From the NCBI GenBank assembly GCA_963666565.1, contig OY762911.1:2728476-2792475 (forward strand): a DNA stretch of 64,000 nt, read 5' to 3'. A model generated the notes under the pieces. That model saw nothing but the letters and a program-made list of their open reading frames with translations. It was not told the origin of the DNA and did no database searches. The stretch's first letter is position 1, and the number at the start of each line of letters is the position of its first letter. This document shows, one piece after another, positions 17,381 through 26,864 of this stretch. The stretch is from Thermoanaerobaculia bacterium. Its GTDB lineage: Bacteria > Acidobacteriota > Thermoanaerobaculia > Multivoradales > Multivoraceae. The position numbers and the translations under genes were made by a program.

Positions 17381-18973
17381 ATGGCGAGCCGTTTCCCGGC
17401 CGGTTCCGGGCGCCTCCTGGCGATCGTCCTGAGTCTCGTAGCGGTGGGGTCCGGCGCGGTTGGCGCCCAGGTGTTGCGCCTGGACCGGATCGAGCTGCCG
17501 GACGGGTTCTCGATCGGCGTCTTCGCCGACGACGTTCGGGGCGCCCGGTCGCTCGCCCAGAGCCCGGTGGGAACCGTGTTCGTCGGCAGCCGGCCGGAGG
17601 GCGTCGTCTACGCGCTGGTCGATTCGGACGACGACGGCGAGGCGGACGGGACATACCGTCTGGCGTCCGGGCTGAACTCGCCGAACGGCGTCGCCTTCCG
17701 CAACGGCGACCTCTACGTGGCCGAGATCAGCCGGATACTCCGGTACGACGGCATCGAGAGCCGGCTGGACTCGCCTCCTCGGCCGGTCGTGGTCACCGAT
17801 CGTCTCCCAAGGGACGAGCATCACGGCTGGAAGTTCATCCGCTTCGGGCCGGACGGCCGGCTCTACGTGCCGGTCGGCGCTCCCTGCAACGTCTGCGACG
17901 AGCCCGACCCCTACAACTCGATCCTGCGCCTCGCCGCGAACGGCAGCTACGAGATCGTGGCGCGGGGAGTGCGGAACACAGTCGGCTTCGACTGGCATCC
18001 GGCGACCCGCCGGCTGTGGTTCACGGACAACGGCCGCGACTGGCTGGGCGACGACAGTCCGCCGGACGAGTTGAACGTGCTGACGTCCAACGGGCAGCAC
18101 TTCGGTTACCCGTACTGCCACGGCCGCGACATCGCCGACCCGGAGTACGGCAACCGGCGTTCCTGTTCGGAGTTCCGGCCGCCGGCCCAGGCGCTCGGGC
18201 CGCACGTCGCGGCGCTCGGGATGCGGTTCTACACGGGGACCGCGTTCCCGGAGCGCTACCGGGGCCAGATCTTCATCGCCGAGCACGGGTCGTGGAACCG
18301 GACAGACCCGATCGGCTACCGGGTCATGGTGGTCCGGCTGGACGGTAGCGGCCGGGCGGCCGGCTACGAGGAGTTCGCGACCGGCTGGCTCCAGGGGCGA
18401 AGCGCGTGGGGCCGGCCGGTGGACGTGATGGTGCGCGAGGACGGTTCGCTGCTCGTGTCGGACGACCGGCAGGGGGCGATCTACCGCATCGTGCACGAGT
18501 CGGCGGCACAACCCGACCCCGACCCGGATCCCGATCCGCCGGAGCCCGACCCCGATCCTCCGCCCGAACCGGATCCCGATCCGCCGACGGAAGGCCCGTG
18601 CGAGCCGGGACCCGACACCCTTTGCCTGTTGGACGGCCGCTTCGAACTGAAGGTCCGCTGGTGGACGGCGGGCGGCGAGCCGAACCCGGGCTACGTGGCG
18701 GAGTACGGCACGGCGGATTCCGGCATGTTCTGGTTCCTGGACGCGTCCAACTGGGAGATCCTGGTCAAGGTCCTGGACGGCTGCGCCCTGAACGGCCACG
18801 TCTGGGTCTACGGCGCCTCGACGACGGACCTGGGCTACTCGATCCATGTGAGGGACACGGCGACCGGCGAGGTGAGCGGCCCGTACCGCAACGAGCCCGG
18901 CCGACCCGCCCCGGCGATCACCGACAACCGCGCGTTCAGCCAGGCCTGCACGGCGTCCGCGTCGGTCCCGTAA
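17381..18973 (+). CDS. PQQ-dependent soluble sugar (glucose/sorbosone) dehydrogenase-family beta-propeller protein with a Pro-Asp repeat linker and an extra Cys-containing C-terminal domain of about 140 aa.
   Basis: GSDH-family motifs (LNSPNGVAF, HGWKFIRFGPDGRLYVPVGAPCNVC, HFGYPYCHG). Signal peptide. Linker PDPDPDPDPPEPDPDPPPEPDPDPP at about 18510-18590. The C-terminal region is absent from the paralog. Confidence 0.7.
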   Translation: MASRFPAGSGRLLAIVLSLVAVGSGAVGAQVLRLDRIELPDGFSIGVFADDVRGARSLAQSPVGTVFVGSRPEGVVYALVDSDDDGEADGTYRLASGLNSPNGVAFRNGDLYVAEISRILRYDGIESRLDSPPRPVVVTDRLPRDEHHGWKFIRFGPDGRLYVPVGAPCNVCDEPDPYNSILRLAANGSYEIVARGVRNTVGFDWHPATRRLWFTDNGRDWLGDDSPPDELNVLTSNGQHFGYPYCHGRDIADPEYGNRRSCSEFRPPAQALGPHVAALGMRFYTGTAFPERYRGQIFIAEHGSWNRTDPIGYRVMVVRLDGSGRAAGYEEFATGWLQGRSAWGRPVDVMVREDGSLLVSDDRQGAIYRIVHESAAQPDPDPDPDPPEPDPDPPPEPDPDPPTEGPCEPGPDTLCLLDGRFELKVRWWTAGGEPNPGYVAEYGTADSGMFWFLDASNWEILVKVLDGCALNGHVWVYGASTTDLGYSIHVRDTATGEVSGPYRNEPGRPAPAITDNRAFSQACTASASVP

Positions 18974-19006
18974 GCTCCAGCCACCCAACCCAGAGGAGAA
19001 TCCGCC

Positions 19007-20176
19007 ATGCCGCGGTCCGCTTTCGCTCAACGTCTTCGCTTCGCCGCGCCCTGCGCGGCCGGTCTTCTCATCGCGCTCTCGGGGGGCGGCGTCGCTCTCG
19101 CCGCCGACGACGAGGTCCGCCTGGACCTGATCGAGCTTCCCGCCGGTTTCTCGATCGACGTCTTCGCCGCGGAGATCGACAACGCACGCTCGCTGGCCCA
19201 GAGCCCGTCCGGGACCGTCTTCGTCGGCACCGGACGCAGGGGCGGCGGCGTCGTTCATGCCGTCGTCGATTCGGACGGGGACGGAAGGGCCGACGACCGC
19301 TACCGCATCGGCGGCGACCTGAACTGGCCGAACGGCGTCGCCTTCCACGAAGGCGACCTGTACGTTGCGGAGATCAGCCGCGTACTTCGGTTCGCGGAGA
19401 TCGAGAGCCGGCTCGACTCACCGCCCGCGCCGGTCGTGGTCACTGCCGACCTGCCGGAGGAGACTCATCACGGCTGGAAGTTCATCCGTTTCGGTCCCGA
19501 CGGGCGGCTCTATGTGCCGGTGGGCGCCCCGTGCAACATCTGCGACGAAGGGGATCCCTTCGCGACGATCCTCCGGCTGGACGAGGCGGGCGGCTACGAG
19601 GTCGTCGCCCGCGGCGTGCGCAACACGGTCGGCTTCGACTGGCGTCCGAGCACGAGCGAACTGTGGTTCACGGACAACGGCCGGGACATGATGGGCGACG
19701 ACGTTCCGCCCGACGAACTGAACGTGCTGACGGAGGACGGCCAGCACTTCGGCTACCCCTACTGCCACGGTCAGGACATTCCCGACCCGGAGTTCGGCGA
19801 CCGGCGTTCCTGCGGCGAACTCGTGCCGCCGGCCATCGACCTCGGCCCGCACGTGGCGGCCGTGGGCATGCGCTTCTACCGGGGCGATGCCTTCCCTGAG
19901 CGCTACCGCGGGCAGATCTTCATCGCCGAACACGGTTCCTGGAACCGCAGCAACAAGATCGGCTACCGGGTCATGGTGGTTCACGTCGACCGGGACGGCC
20001 AGGCGACGGACTACGAGGAGTTCGCCACCGGTTGGCTCCAGGGCGAAGACTCGTGGGGCCGCCCGGTCGACGTGATGGAACGCGCCGACGGGTCGCTTCT
20101 CGTGTCGGACGACCAGCGCGGCGCGATCTACCGCATCGTCCATGACGGGTCCGCGGCCGCGGCCGCCGGAGAGTAG
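19007..20176 (+). CDS. PQQ-dependent soluble sugar dehydrogenase-family protein, a tandem paralog of the upstream gene.
   Basis: 389 aa, roughly 65-70% identical by eye to residues 1-370 of the 17381 gene (same motifs and order). Signal peptide MPRSAFAQRLRFAAPCAAGLLIALSGGGVALA. Confidence 0.75.
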   Translation: MPRSAFAQRLRFAAPCAAGLLIALSGGGVALAADDEVRLDLIELPAGFSIDVFAAEIDNARSLAQSPSGTVFVGTGRRGGGVVHAVVDSDGDGRADDRYRIGGDLNWPNGVAFHEGDLYVAEISRVLRFAEIESRLDSPPAPVVVTADLPEETHHGWKFIRFGPDGRLYVPVGAPCNICDEGDPFATILRLDEAGGYEVVARGVRNTVGFDWRPSTSELWFTDNGRDMMGDDVPPDELNVLTEDGQHFGYPYCHGQDIPDPEFGDRRSCGELVPPAIDLGPHVAAVGMRFYRGDAFPERYRGQIFIAEHGSWNRSNKIGYRVMVVHVDRDGQATDYEEFATGWLQGEDSWGRPVDVMERADGSLLVSDDQRGAIYRIVHDGSAAAAAGE

Positions 20177-20180
20177 GCGC

Positions 20181-21440
20181 GTGCCGCCGATCGATCCGAC
20201 CGTCGTCGAGGCGGCGCGAACTCGCTACGACGCGGCCCGCGCGGCCGGACTCGACCTCGACATGACCCGCGGCAAGCCGTCGCCGGAGCAGCTCGCCCGC
20301 TCTCACGGCCTGCTGCGGGCGGTCGAACGGGAGGACAGCCCCGCCGGCGACGGCACGGACTGCCGCAACTACGGCGGCGACCCGCGCGGCCTGCCGGAGA
20401 TGCGGACGATCTTCGGCGAGATCCTGGAGATCGATCCGGACCTCGTGTTCGTCGGCGGCAACGCGAGCCTGCAGTGGATGCACGACCTGGTCGTGCAGGC
20501 GATGCTGGTGGGCGTGCCGGGCGGCGATCCCTGGGGCGGACCGAGGCGCTCGACGCCGGTGAAGTTCCTCTGCCCCTGTCCCGGCTACGACCGGCACTTT
20601 GCCCTGCTCGAGCGCTTCGGCATCGAGATGCTGCCGATCGCGATGGGCGGCGACGGCCCCGACGTGGACGAGGTCGCGCGGCTGGCCGGCGAGGATCCGA
20701 ACGTCAAGGGGATGTTCTGCGTGCCGCGCTACAGCAACCCCACCGGCGTCACGTACTCGGACGACGTCGTCGAGGCGATCGCCGCCATGACGACCGCGGC
20801 GCCGGACTTCCGCGTGATTTGGGACGACGCCTACGCGCTGCACGCGTTCGAGGGCGAACCGGACCGGCTCGCCAACCTCTACGACCGCTGCGCCGCGCAC
20901 GGCAACGAGGACCGGCCCTTCCTCGTCACCTCGTTCTCGAAGGTCACCTTCGGCGGCGCCGGACTGGCCGCCGCGGCGGCGAGCCCCGCGAACGGCGACT
21001 GGATCCGGAGCTTCCGGTCGATCCAGACGATCGGGCCGAACAAGCTGAACCAGCTCGCCCACGCCCGCTTCTTCGACGGTTCCCTCTCCGCGGTGCGGGA
21101 TCACATGAAGGGGCACGCGGACCTGATCCGGCCGAAGTTCGAGACCGTGCTGCGCGTGCTCGACGAGACGCTGGGAGACCTCGGCGTGGCGACCTGGAGT
21201 CGGCCCCGGGGCGGCTACTTCGTCAGCCTGGACACGGAACCGGGCCGCGCGCGCGAAGTGGTCGAGATGGCGGGGGCCGCGGGAGTCAAGCTGACGCCCG
21301 CGGGCGCCACCTTCCCGTACGGCGTCGATCCGCAGGACCGGAACATCCGCATCGCGCCGACGCTGCCGGGCCTCTCCGAGATCGAGACCGCGACCCGGCT
21401 GCTCGCCGACTGCATCGTCCTCGCCAGCGCCAGCGGGTAA
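20181..21440 (+). CDS. PLP-dependent aminotransferase (class I/II fold).
   Basis: About 419 aa. SFSKVTFGGAGLAA (the likely PLP-lysine context). N-terminal GDPRGLPE. GTG start chosen just after the upstream stop, because the track ATG at 20142 overlaps the previous gene. Confidence 0.6.
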   Translation: MPPIDPTVVEAARTRYDAARAAGLDLDMTRGKPSPEQLARSHGLLRAVEREDSPAGDGTDCRNYGGDPRGLPEMRTIFGEILEIDPDLVFVGGNASLQWMHDLVVQAMLVGVPGGDPWGGPRRSTPVKFLCPCPGYDRHFALLERFGIEMLPIAMGGDGPDVDEVARLAGEDPNVKGMFCVPRYSNPTGVTYSDDVVEAIAAMTTAAPDFRVIWDDAYALHAFEGEPDRLANLYDRCAAHGNEDRPFLVTSFSKVTFGGAGLAAAAASPANGDWIRSFRSIQTIGPNKLNQLAHARFFDGSLSAVRDHMKGHADLIRPKFETVLRVLDETLGDLGVATWSRPRGGYFVSLDTEPGRAREVVEMAGAAGVKLTPAGATFPYGVDPQDRNIRIAPTLPGLSEIETATRLLADCIVLASASG

Positions 21441-21454
21441 CCCGCTGCCGCCGG

Positions 21455-21535
21455 GCTGGGTGCGCGGGTCTTCCGACCCGCTGCCGCCGAAGGCGGCCGG
21501 GAGAACGCCAGCCGTCGGCTCGGCGCCGTTTCGCG
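21455..21535 (+). repeat. Copy C of the triple-hairpin intergenic repeat, between convergent genes.
   Basis: ctgggtgcgcgggtcttccgacccgctgccgccgaaggcggccgggagaacgccagccgtcggctcggcgcc. First two hairpins conserved; third module variant GCCGTCGGCTCGGCGC. Confidence 0.8.
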
Positions 21536-21541
21536 ACGCTC

Positions 21542-22879
21542 CTAGTCGATGTAGCCGAGGCTCTTCAACTGGCGGACGTCCTCCTCGCTGAGGACGGTTC
21601 CGCTCTTCGCCTCGTACTTCGGCAGGTTCCGGTACCAGTTCACCAAGCGCCGGCCGAGCGGCGGCACGAGGTCGACGGGCGGCGCGGGCAGCGGCCGCTG
21701 CTCTTCCGGGTCGACCGTGAGGTCGAAGTACACCGTCCTGCGCTTCGAGAAGTCGTGGAGGACCTTGGCGCCGTCGAGTTCCATGCTGATCTGCAGGGGG
21801 TCCTCGTAGGGCGCGCTGCGGCGCGACTTCGCCATCAGGGCGCTGTGCTTGTCGCCGACGACGAAGCGGGGCCGCTCCTCGCCGCCGGGTTCTTCGCCGA
21901 CCGGCGCCAGGCTTCGCCCCTCGACGTTGGCGGGGGCCTCCCGTTCGAGCAGGTCGAGGACGGTCGGCAGCACGTCGACCACGCCGACCGCGGCCTCGAC
22001 GCGCCGGCCCGCGGGAACCCCTGGGCCCGCGAGGATCATGGGTATGCGCGCGTTGGGCCAGTGGACGTTCTTGCCGTGGCCCCAGTAGCCGTGCTCTCCC
22101 ATGCTCTCGCCGTGATCGCTCAGGAACAGGGTGTAGCGGGGGCCCGAGAGGAGCTCCTCGATCGCCTCGGACAGCCGGCCCAGCCAGTGGTCGACGTAGT
22201 TCACCTCCGACTGGTAGCGCCAGCGGCGCTGCCAACCGCTCGTGCGCTCGGCGCGGGGCGGCGGCGGGGGCGTGAAGCCGGTCCGTTCCAGGTACGGGTC
22301 GTGCGGGTCCGAGAAGTGGACCCAGAGAAAGAGCGGGCGCCCGCTCCGCTCCTCGTCGCCGGCGCGGACGCGCAGCCAGCGCTCCGCTGCCTTGGCGACG
22401 CTGTCGGCATGGCGCTCCATCACGCCGACGGCGTTGCGGGCCCGGTCGAACTCCTCGTCGTAGTGGTCGAAACCGCGGTCGAGGCCGACCAGGTCGGCCC
22501 GCAGCGTCCAGTTCGAGATGAAGGCGGCCGACTCGTAGCCCGCTTCGCCCAGGATCTCGGCCAGGACCGGGACGTCGGTTCGCATCCGCTGGGCGTTTCG
22601 CCGCGACCCGTGGGTCGGCGGGTAGAGCGACGTGAAGATCGAGGCGAAGGCGGGGCCGGTCTTGCCGATCGTCGTGTGCGCGTCCTCGAACAGCACGCCC
22701 GCCGCCGCGAGGTCGTCGATCGCGGGCGTCTCGGCGGTTTCGGCGCCGTAAGCCCCGATGGCGTCGGCGCGCAGGGTGTCCACCGAGAGCAGCACGAAGT
22801 GCGGCTCGGCCGCGGAAAGCGGGGCGCAGAACGCCGCCGCCAGCGCCGTCGCGACGAGCAGGCGTCGTGCGGCGTTCAC
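21542..22879 (-). CDS. Sulfatase / alkaline-phosphatase-superfamily enzyme with signal peptide. It may be a phospho-group transferase rather than a true sulfatase.
   Basis: 445 aa from a GTG at 22879. N-terminal FVLLSVDTLRAD metal-site motif. No obvious C/S-x-P-x-R formylglycine motif. It is the C-terminal part of the 1504-aa artefact ORF. The start overlaps the upstream stop (GTGA). Confidence 0.6.
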   Translation of the reverse strand: MNAARRLLVATALAAAFCAPLSAAEPHFVLLSVDTLRADAIGAYGAETAETPAIDDLAAAGVLFEDAHTTIGKTGPAFASIFTSLYPPTHGSRRNAQRMRTDVPVLAEILGEAGYESAAFISNWTLRADLVGLDRGFDHYDEEFDRARNAVGVMERHADSVAKAAERWLRVRAGDEERSGRPLFLWVHFSDPHDPYLERTGFTPPPPPRAERTSGWQRRWRYQSEVNYVDHWLGRLSEAIEELLSGPRYTLFLSDHGESMGEHGYWGHGKNVHWPNARIPMILAGPGVPAGRRVEAAVGVVDVLPTVLDLLEREAPANVEGRSLAPVGEEPGGEERPRFVVGDKHSALMAKSRRSAPYEDPLQISMELDGAKVLHDFSKRRTVYFDLTVDPEEQRPLPAPPVDLVPPLGRRLVNWYRNLPKYEAKSGTVLSEEDVRQLKSLGYID

Positions 22880-23811
22880 GCCGTGACGGCCCCGAAGGCG
22901 ACGGCCTCTTCCCGGGTATCGATGTCCCGTGCCAGCGACATCGCCTCGACGACCGGCATGCGCACCTTGCGCTCCGGGTGCCGGCGCCGGTGCCGGCGCT
23001 TGATGAACATGCGGCGCAGCGCCAGTTCGAGCTCGGACTGCTGGATGACCTTCTCCTTGAGGCGCCGGGCCGCCCGCGTGCCGGACAGCAGCGTGTCCCA
23101 GGTGAAGGTGGGCAGCCGGAGGTTCAGCATGTGAATGAAGTCCTGGACGAGCATGATCCATAGCAGGCGCCGGGCCATGTAGCCGCTGCGGTAGAGGATC
23201 GGCCGGTTGCGCGTGCGGTAGCCGAGGTCCATCAGCCGGTAGATGAACTTCCAGCGGAGCGCCGCGGAGTCGAACATCGCCAGGTGGCCGGGCAGCACGG
23301 GGACCGGCGCCCCGCCGCCGTCGGGCTTGACGTGGTACTGCGGCTTCCACTCCGAGGCGCCGAGATTCTCCGGATCGCGTGGCGCCCGGACCATGGGGAA
23401 GAAGAAGTCGACCGGCCCGTTGCCCCAGTAGTCCTCGACGACCGTCCGGAGTTCGTCCGGTTCGGGCACGATGTCGCAGGTCGTGACCGCCAGCGGCCCG
23501 TCGCCGTGCCGGCGGCGGGCCGCCTCCACGCCGACCTGGATGTTGCGGCCGAAGCCGCCGTCCGTGTCGACCGGGATGCCGTCCCGCAGGGAGCGGTAGG
23601 CATGGCCGGGCCCGGCGACGTAGATCGGGTCGAAGGCGTCGCTCTGGCGGATCCGCTCGATGACCACCTCGATCAGCGGCCTGCCGCCGATCTTCACGTC
23701 CACTCCCTTGATGCCGGCGAGCGGGTGCTTGGAGCGGCCTCCCGGCGGCATGTAGGCGGGCCGCCGGTCGCTGCCTCCGAGGATGACGAGGGGTACGTTC
23801 TTTCGGGTCAT
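22876..23811 (-). CDS. Nucleotidyltransferase-family protein (NTP_transferase / MobA-like GT-A fold).
   Basis: 311 aa. N-terminal PLVILGGSDRRP...HPLAGIKGV...GRPLIE resembles the sugar/alcohol-phosphate nucleotidyltransferase signature. Translationally coupled to the sulfatase-like gene. Confidence 0.5.
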   Translation of the reverse strand: MTRKNVPLVILGGSDRRPAYMPPGGRSKHPLAGIKGVDVKIGGRPLIEVVIERIRQSDAFDPIYVAGPGHAYRSLRDGIPVDTDGGFGRNIQVGVEAARRRHGDGPLAVTTCDIVPEPDELRTVVEDYWGNGPVDFFFPMVRAPRDPENLGASEWKPQYHVKPDGGGAPVPVLPGHLAMFDSAALRWKFIYRLMDLGYRTRNRPILYRSGYMARRLLWIMLVQDFIHMLNLRLPTFTWDTLLSGTRAARRLKEKVIQQSELELALRRMFIKRRHRRRHPERKVRMPVVEAMSLARDIDTREEAVAFGAVTA

Positions 23812-23941
23812 CGGTCGTCCGGTTCTCTCGCTGTCGCGGGCCGGATTGTACGCCGGAGAATCCCGGCGCCCAAGACCCCGCCGGCAAGGGCGCTAGCATC
23901 CTGTTGACGGCGGCCTCGCCCGGCCGCCGGCGCCCCGCTCG

Positions 23942-25117
23942 ATGACTCTCCCAGCCCCGCCGACGCCAGAGGTCGTGGACCGCGACGACCGGTTGACCGC
24001 TCTCGCCGAACGCTGGCTGCGGGAGACGGCGGTTGGCCTCGACACGGAGTTCGTGCGCGAGCGGACGTTCTTCGCCCAACTCGGCCTGATTCAGGTCGGC
24101 GACAGCCAGGGCTGCTACCTGGTCGACATGGTCGCCATCGAGGACCGGTCGCCGCTGCTCGCGGTCGTGCGGGCGCCGAACGTGACGAAGGTGTTCCACT
24201 CGCCGAGCGAGGACCTGGAGATCTTCCACCAGGCCTTCGGCCAGGCGCCGGCGCCCCTGTTCGATTGCCAGGTCGCGGCCACGCTGTGCGGCATGGGCCG
24301 TTCGCTGGGCTACGTTCACCTGGTCTCCCATCTCTTCGACGTCGAACTGGGGAAGGGCGTGCAGCGGTCGAACTGGCTGCGGCGGCCGCTCAGCGAGGAG
24401 CAGGTGCGTTACGCCGGTCTCGACGTGGCCTACCTCCTGCCGGCCCACGAGCGGTTGCAGGCGGCGCTCGTCGAACTCGGTCGCGAAGCCTGGGCCGAGG
24501 AGGAGTTCGGGCGGCTGCTCGGTACGGCCGAGGCGCGTCTCGACCCGGATTGGCCCTGGCGCCGCCTGCGGCGCCCCTCGATGTCGCGGCGCCAACTGGG
24601 AGCGCTCCGCGCGCTCTGCGACTGGCGCGAGCGCCGGGCCCGCCGCCGGGACTTGCCCAGGGGCTTCGTGCTGAGGGACGAGACCCTGGTCGACCTGGCG
24701 CGCCGGCTCCCGCGCTCCGCGGAGGAACTGGCGGGAGCGAAGAGTCTCGGACCGCGCCAGGCGCGGCGTTTCGGACCGGTGCTGCTCGAGCTGGTTCGCG
24801 GCGTCCGCTCGCTCCCGAAGGGCCGGCTTCCCGAGCGCACGGAACGCGCCGGCAGGGGATCGTCGAGCGGCCTGCTGGACGGATTGCGGAAACTGGTTGC
24901 GCGAGTCGCCGCCGATCTCGACGTTCCGGTCGAGTTCCTCGTGCGCCGGAAGGCGCTCGAAGCCTGGGCCTCGCGGAGCGGCGAGCGGAGAGAGTGGGCG
25001 TGGCCGGCGGAGCTGGAGGGCTGGCGCCGCTCCGTGCTCGAACCGGAGGTCGAGCGTTCCGGCCTGCTCGACACCGGGGTCGCGGGGAAACGGCGGAACG
25101 CGTCGCGGCGCCGCTGA
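23942..25117 (+). CDS. rnd: Ribonuclease D (3'-5' exonuclease plus HRDC domain).
   Basis: DEDDy exonuclease motifs (GLDTEF, YAGLDVAYLL) followed by an HRDC-like region. Confidence 0.75.
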   Translation: MTLPAPPTPEVVDRDDRLTALAERWLRETAVGLDTEFVRERTFFAQLGLIQVGDSQGCYLVDMVAIEDRSPLLAVVRAPNVTKVFHSPSEDLEIFHQAFGQAPAPLFDCQVAATLCGMGRSLGYVHLVSHLFDVELGKGVQRSNWLRRPLSEEQVRYAGLDVAYLLPAHERLQAALVELGREAWAEEEFGRLLGTAEARLDPDWPWRRLRRPSMSRRQLGALRALCDWRERRARRRDLPRGFVLRDETLVDLARRLPRSAEELAGAKSLGPRQARRFGPVLLELVRGVRSLPKGRLPERTERAGRGSSSGLLDGLRKLVARVAADLDVPVEFLVRRKALEAWASRSGERREWAWPAELEGWRRSVLEPEVERSGLLDTGVAGKRRNASRRR

Positions 25118-25171
25118 AGGGAGACCGCCTCGCGTTGGGGGGCGCGGCGACTGGCGGTAGAGTCCGCCGCC

Positions 25172-25771
25172 GTGAAAGAGGTGATCGCGCAGGCACACGA
25201 CATCGGCGACCTGTACGGCCTGTTCGGCGACCCCGCTCCCGCCGCCGTCGTCGTGCCCGAGGGTGCCGTGCCCCAGCCCCAACGCCGTCTCCTCGCTCAC
25301 GAGAGCCACATGACCGTAACCCTGGAGGCGCACCACGGGGGCGCCGTCGAGGTGGAGGTTCTGGACCGGTTCGCGCGCGACGGCCGCTACGCGCGGAAGA
25401 TCCTCCTGCGGCGCCCTGCCGGCGCCGGAAGGAGCGTGGGGCCGGGACCGGGCGCGGTGGTTCTGTTCGGGATCGTGCTGATCGACTTTCGGTTCACGAC
25501 CGAGGCGGCCCGGCGCGAGATCGTGAGCGAAATGACGCCGCTCGGCCACGTGTTGATTCGCCACAGCCGGTTGCGGCGGATCAGCACCCACTGTCTGCTC
25601 GAGATCGAGCCGGACGAGGAACTCCACCGGCACTTCGGGCTCGGCGCCCTCGCGTCTCGAAAGGACGACCGGTTGCGGGTCCATGGCCGCCTGGCGACGA
25701 TCTTCTGCGACGAGCGGCCGGCCGTCGAACTGCTGGAGGTCGTGCCGCCGGGTCCGACGGCTCAGCCGTAG
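25172..25771 (+). CDS. Chorismate pyruvate-lyase (UbiC)-like / UTRA-fold family protein.
   Basis: Weak co-linearity with UbiC (ESHMTVTLE vs EDSMTKRFE, PLGHVLI vs PLGRYLF). Low confidence. Confidence 0.35.
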   Translation: MKEVIAQAHDIGDLYGLFGDPAPAAVVVPEGAVPQPQRRLLAHESHMTVTLEAHHGGAVEVEVLDRFARDGRYARKILLRRPAGAGRSVGPGPGAVVLFGIVLIDFRFTTEAARREIVSEMTPLGHVLIRHSRLRRISTHCLLEIEPDEELHRHFGLGALASRKDDRLRVHGRLATIFCDERPAVELLEVVPPGPTAQP

Positions 25772-25874
25772 TCGGAGCGGTCGACAACCGACGCGCGACG
25801 ACCGGTCCGGCCGGGAGCGCGGGGAAGTCCCCGGTTGGCTGGCGACGTCGACCGCTTGTCCGGTCGGGTCGCGC

Positions 25875-26861
25875 TCAGGCTCGCTCGATCGGGAACGGGA
25901 CGAGTTCGTCGATGCCGTTCGCATCCAGTTCGAGTCCCAGCAAGCGGTCGAGGCCCAGGGCGACGCCGGCGCACTCGGGGAGACCGGCTTCGAGGGCGGC
26001 GAGGAAACGGTGCGGTATCGGCGGCAAGGGCCGGCCGAGTTCGCGCCTGCGGGCACGGTCGGACTCGAGTCGCTGACGCTGCTCGCGCGGGTCGACCAGT
26101 TCGCCGTAGCCGTTGGCGAGTTCGATGCCGCCGACGTAGGCCTCGAATCGCTCCGCCGTGCGCGGGTCGCTCGCGTCGATCCGCGCCATCGCGGCCTGGG
26201 AGGCCGGGTAGCCGAAGACGATCGTGACGCGGTCGGGCGCGAGCCTGGGTTCGACGCGCTCGCCGAACAGCCGCGAGAGCAGGTCGTCCCGGTCGAGGCC
26301 GCTGGTTTCGACGGGTGCGCGGGCGTCCTCGACGGCGCGCCGCAGGTCGCCCGTCGAGGCGCCGTACGGGTCGATCCCGGCGTGCCGCCGCAGGAGATCG
26401 GCGTAGCTCACGTACTCCGCCGGCTCGAGGCGGCGCGAGCCGGAGAGGAGGGTCTCGATCAGGGCCGCGACTTCACGCATCAGCCGGTGGACGTCCCAGC
26501 CGACCCGGTACCACTCCAGGATCGTGAACTCGGGGTTGTGCCAGCGCCCCCGTTCGCCGCCGCGGAACGCCTTGCACACCTGGTAGATCGAGCCGGAACC
26601 GGCGGCCAGCAGGCGCTTCATCGCCAGTTCCGGCGAGGTCTGAAGGTACATCCGCCGGCGCTCGATCCCCGGCGCGTCGACCCTGGAGCTCAGGGGTTCC
26701 AGGTGCAGGTCGAGAGTCGTCTCGGCCGAGAGCAGGGGTGTTTCGACTTCCAGGACGCGCCGTTCCGCGAAGAAGGCGCGCAGCCTGGCGAGCATCGCCG
26801 CGCGCCGCTCCAGGGCCGCTGGCCCGGCGGTGGGCCGCCAGTCCGCGGCGTGGCCGGTCAC
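25875..26861 (-). CDS. epmA: Elongation factor P--(R)-beta-lysine ligase EpmA (PoxA/GenX, LysRS class II paralog).
   Basis: Class II aaRS motifs (LQTSPELAMKRLLAAG, FRGGERGRWHNPEFTILEWY, GVALGLDRL). 3 nt downstream of efp. Confidence 0.8.
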   Translation of the reverse strand: MTGHAADWRPTAGPAALERRAAMLARLRAFFAERRVLEVETPLLSAETTLDLHLEPLSSRVDAPGIERRRMYLQTSPELAMKRLLAAGSGSIYQVCKAFRGGERGRWHNPEFTILEWYRVGWDVHRLMREVAALIETLLSGSRRLEPAEYVSYADLLRRHAGIDPYGASTGDLRRAVEDARAPVETSGLDRDDLLSRLFGERVEPRLAPDRVTIVFGYPASQAAMARIDASDPRTAERFEAYVGGIELANGYGELVDPREQRQRLESDRARRRELGRPLPPIPHRFLAALEAGLPECAGVALGLDRLLGLELDANGIDELVPFPIERA

Positions 26862-26864
26862 CGC

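Noticed and set aside
21542-26056. 1504-aa ORF on the minus strand.
   Set aside because: Only the 3' 445 codons form the sulfatase-like gene. The rest is antisense to rnd, the UbiC-like gene and epmA, and has low-complexity R/P/A-rich composition.
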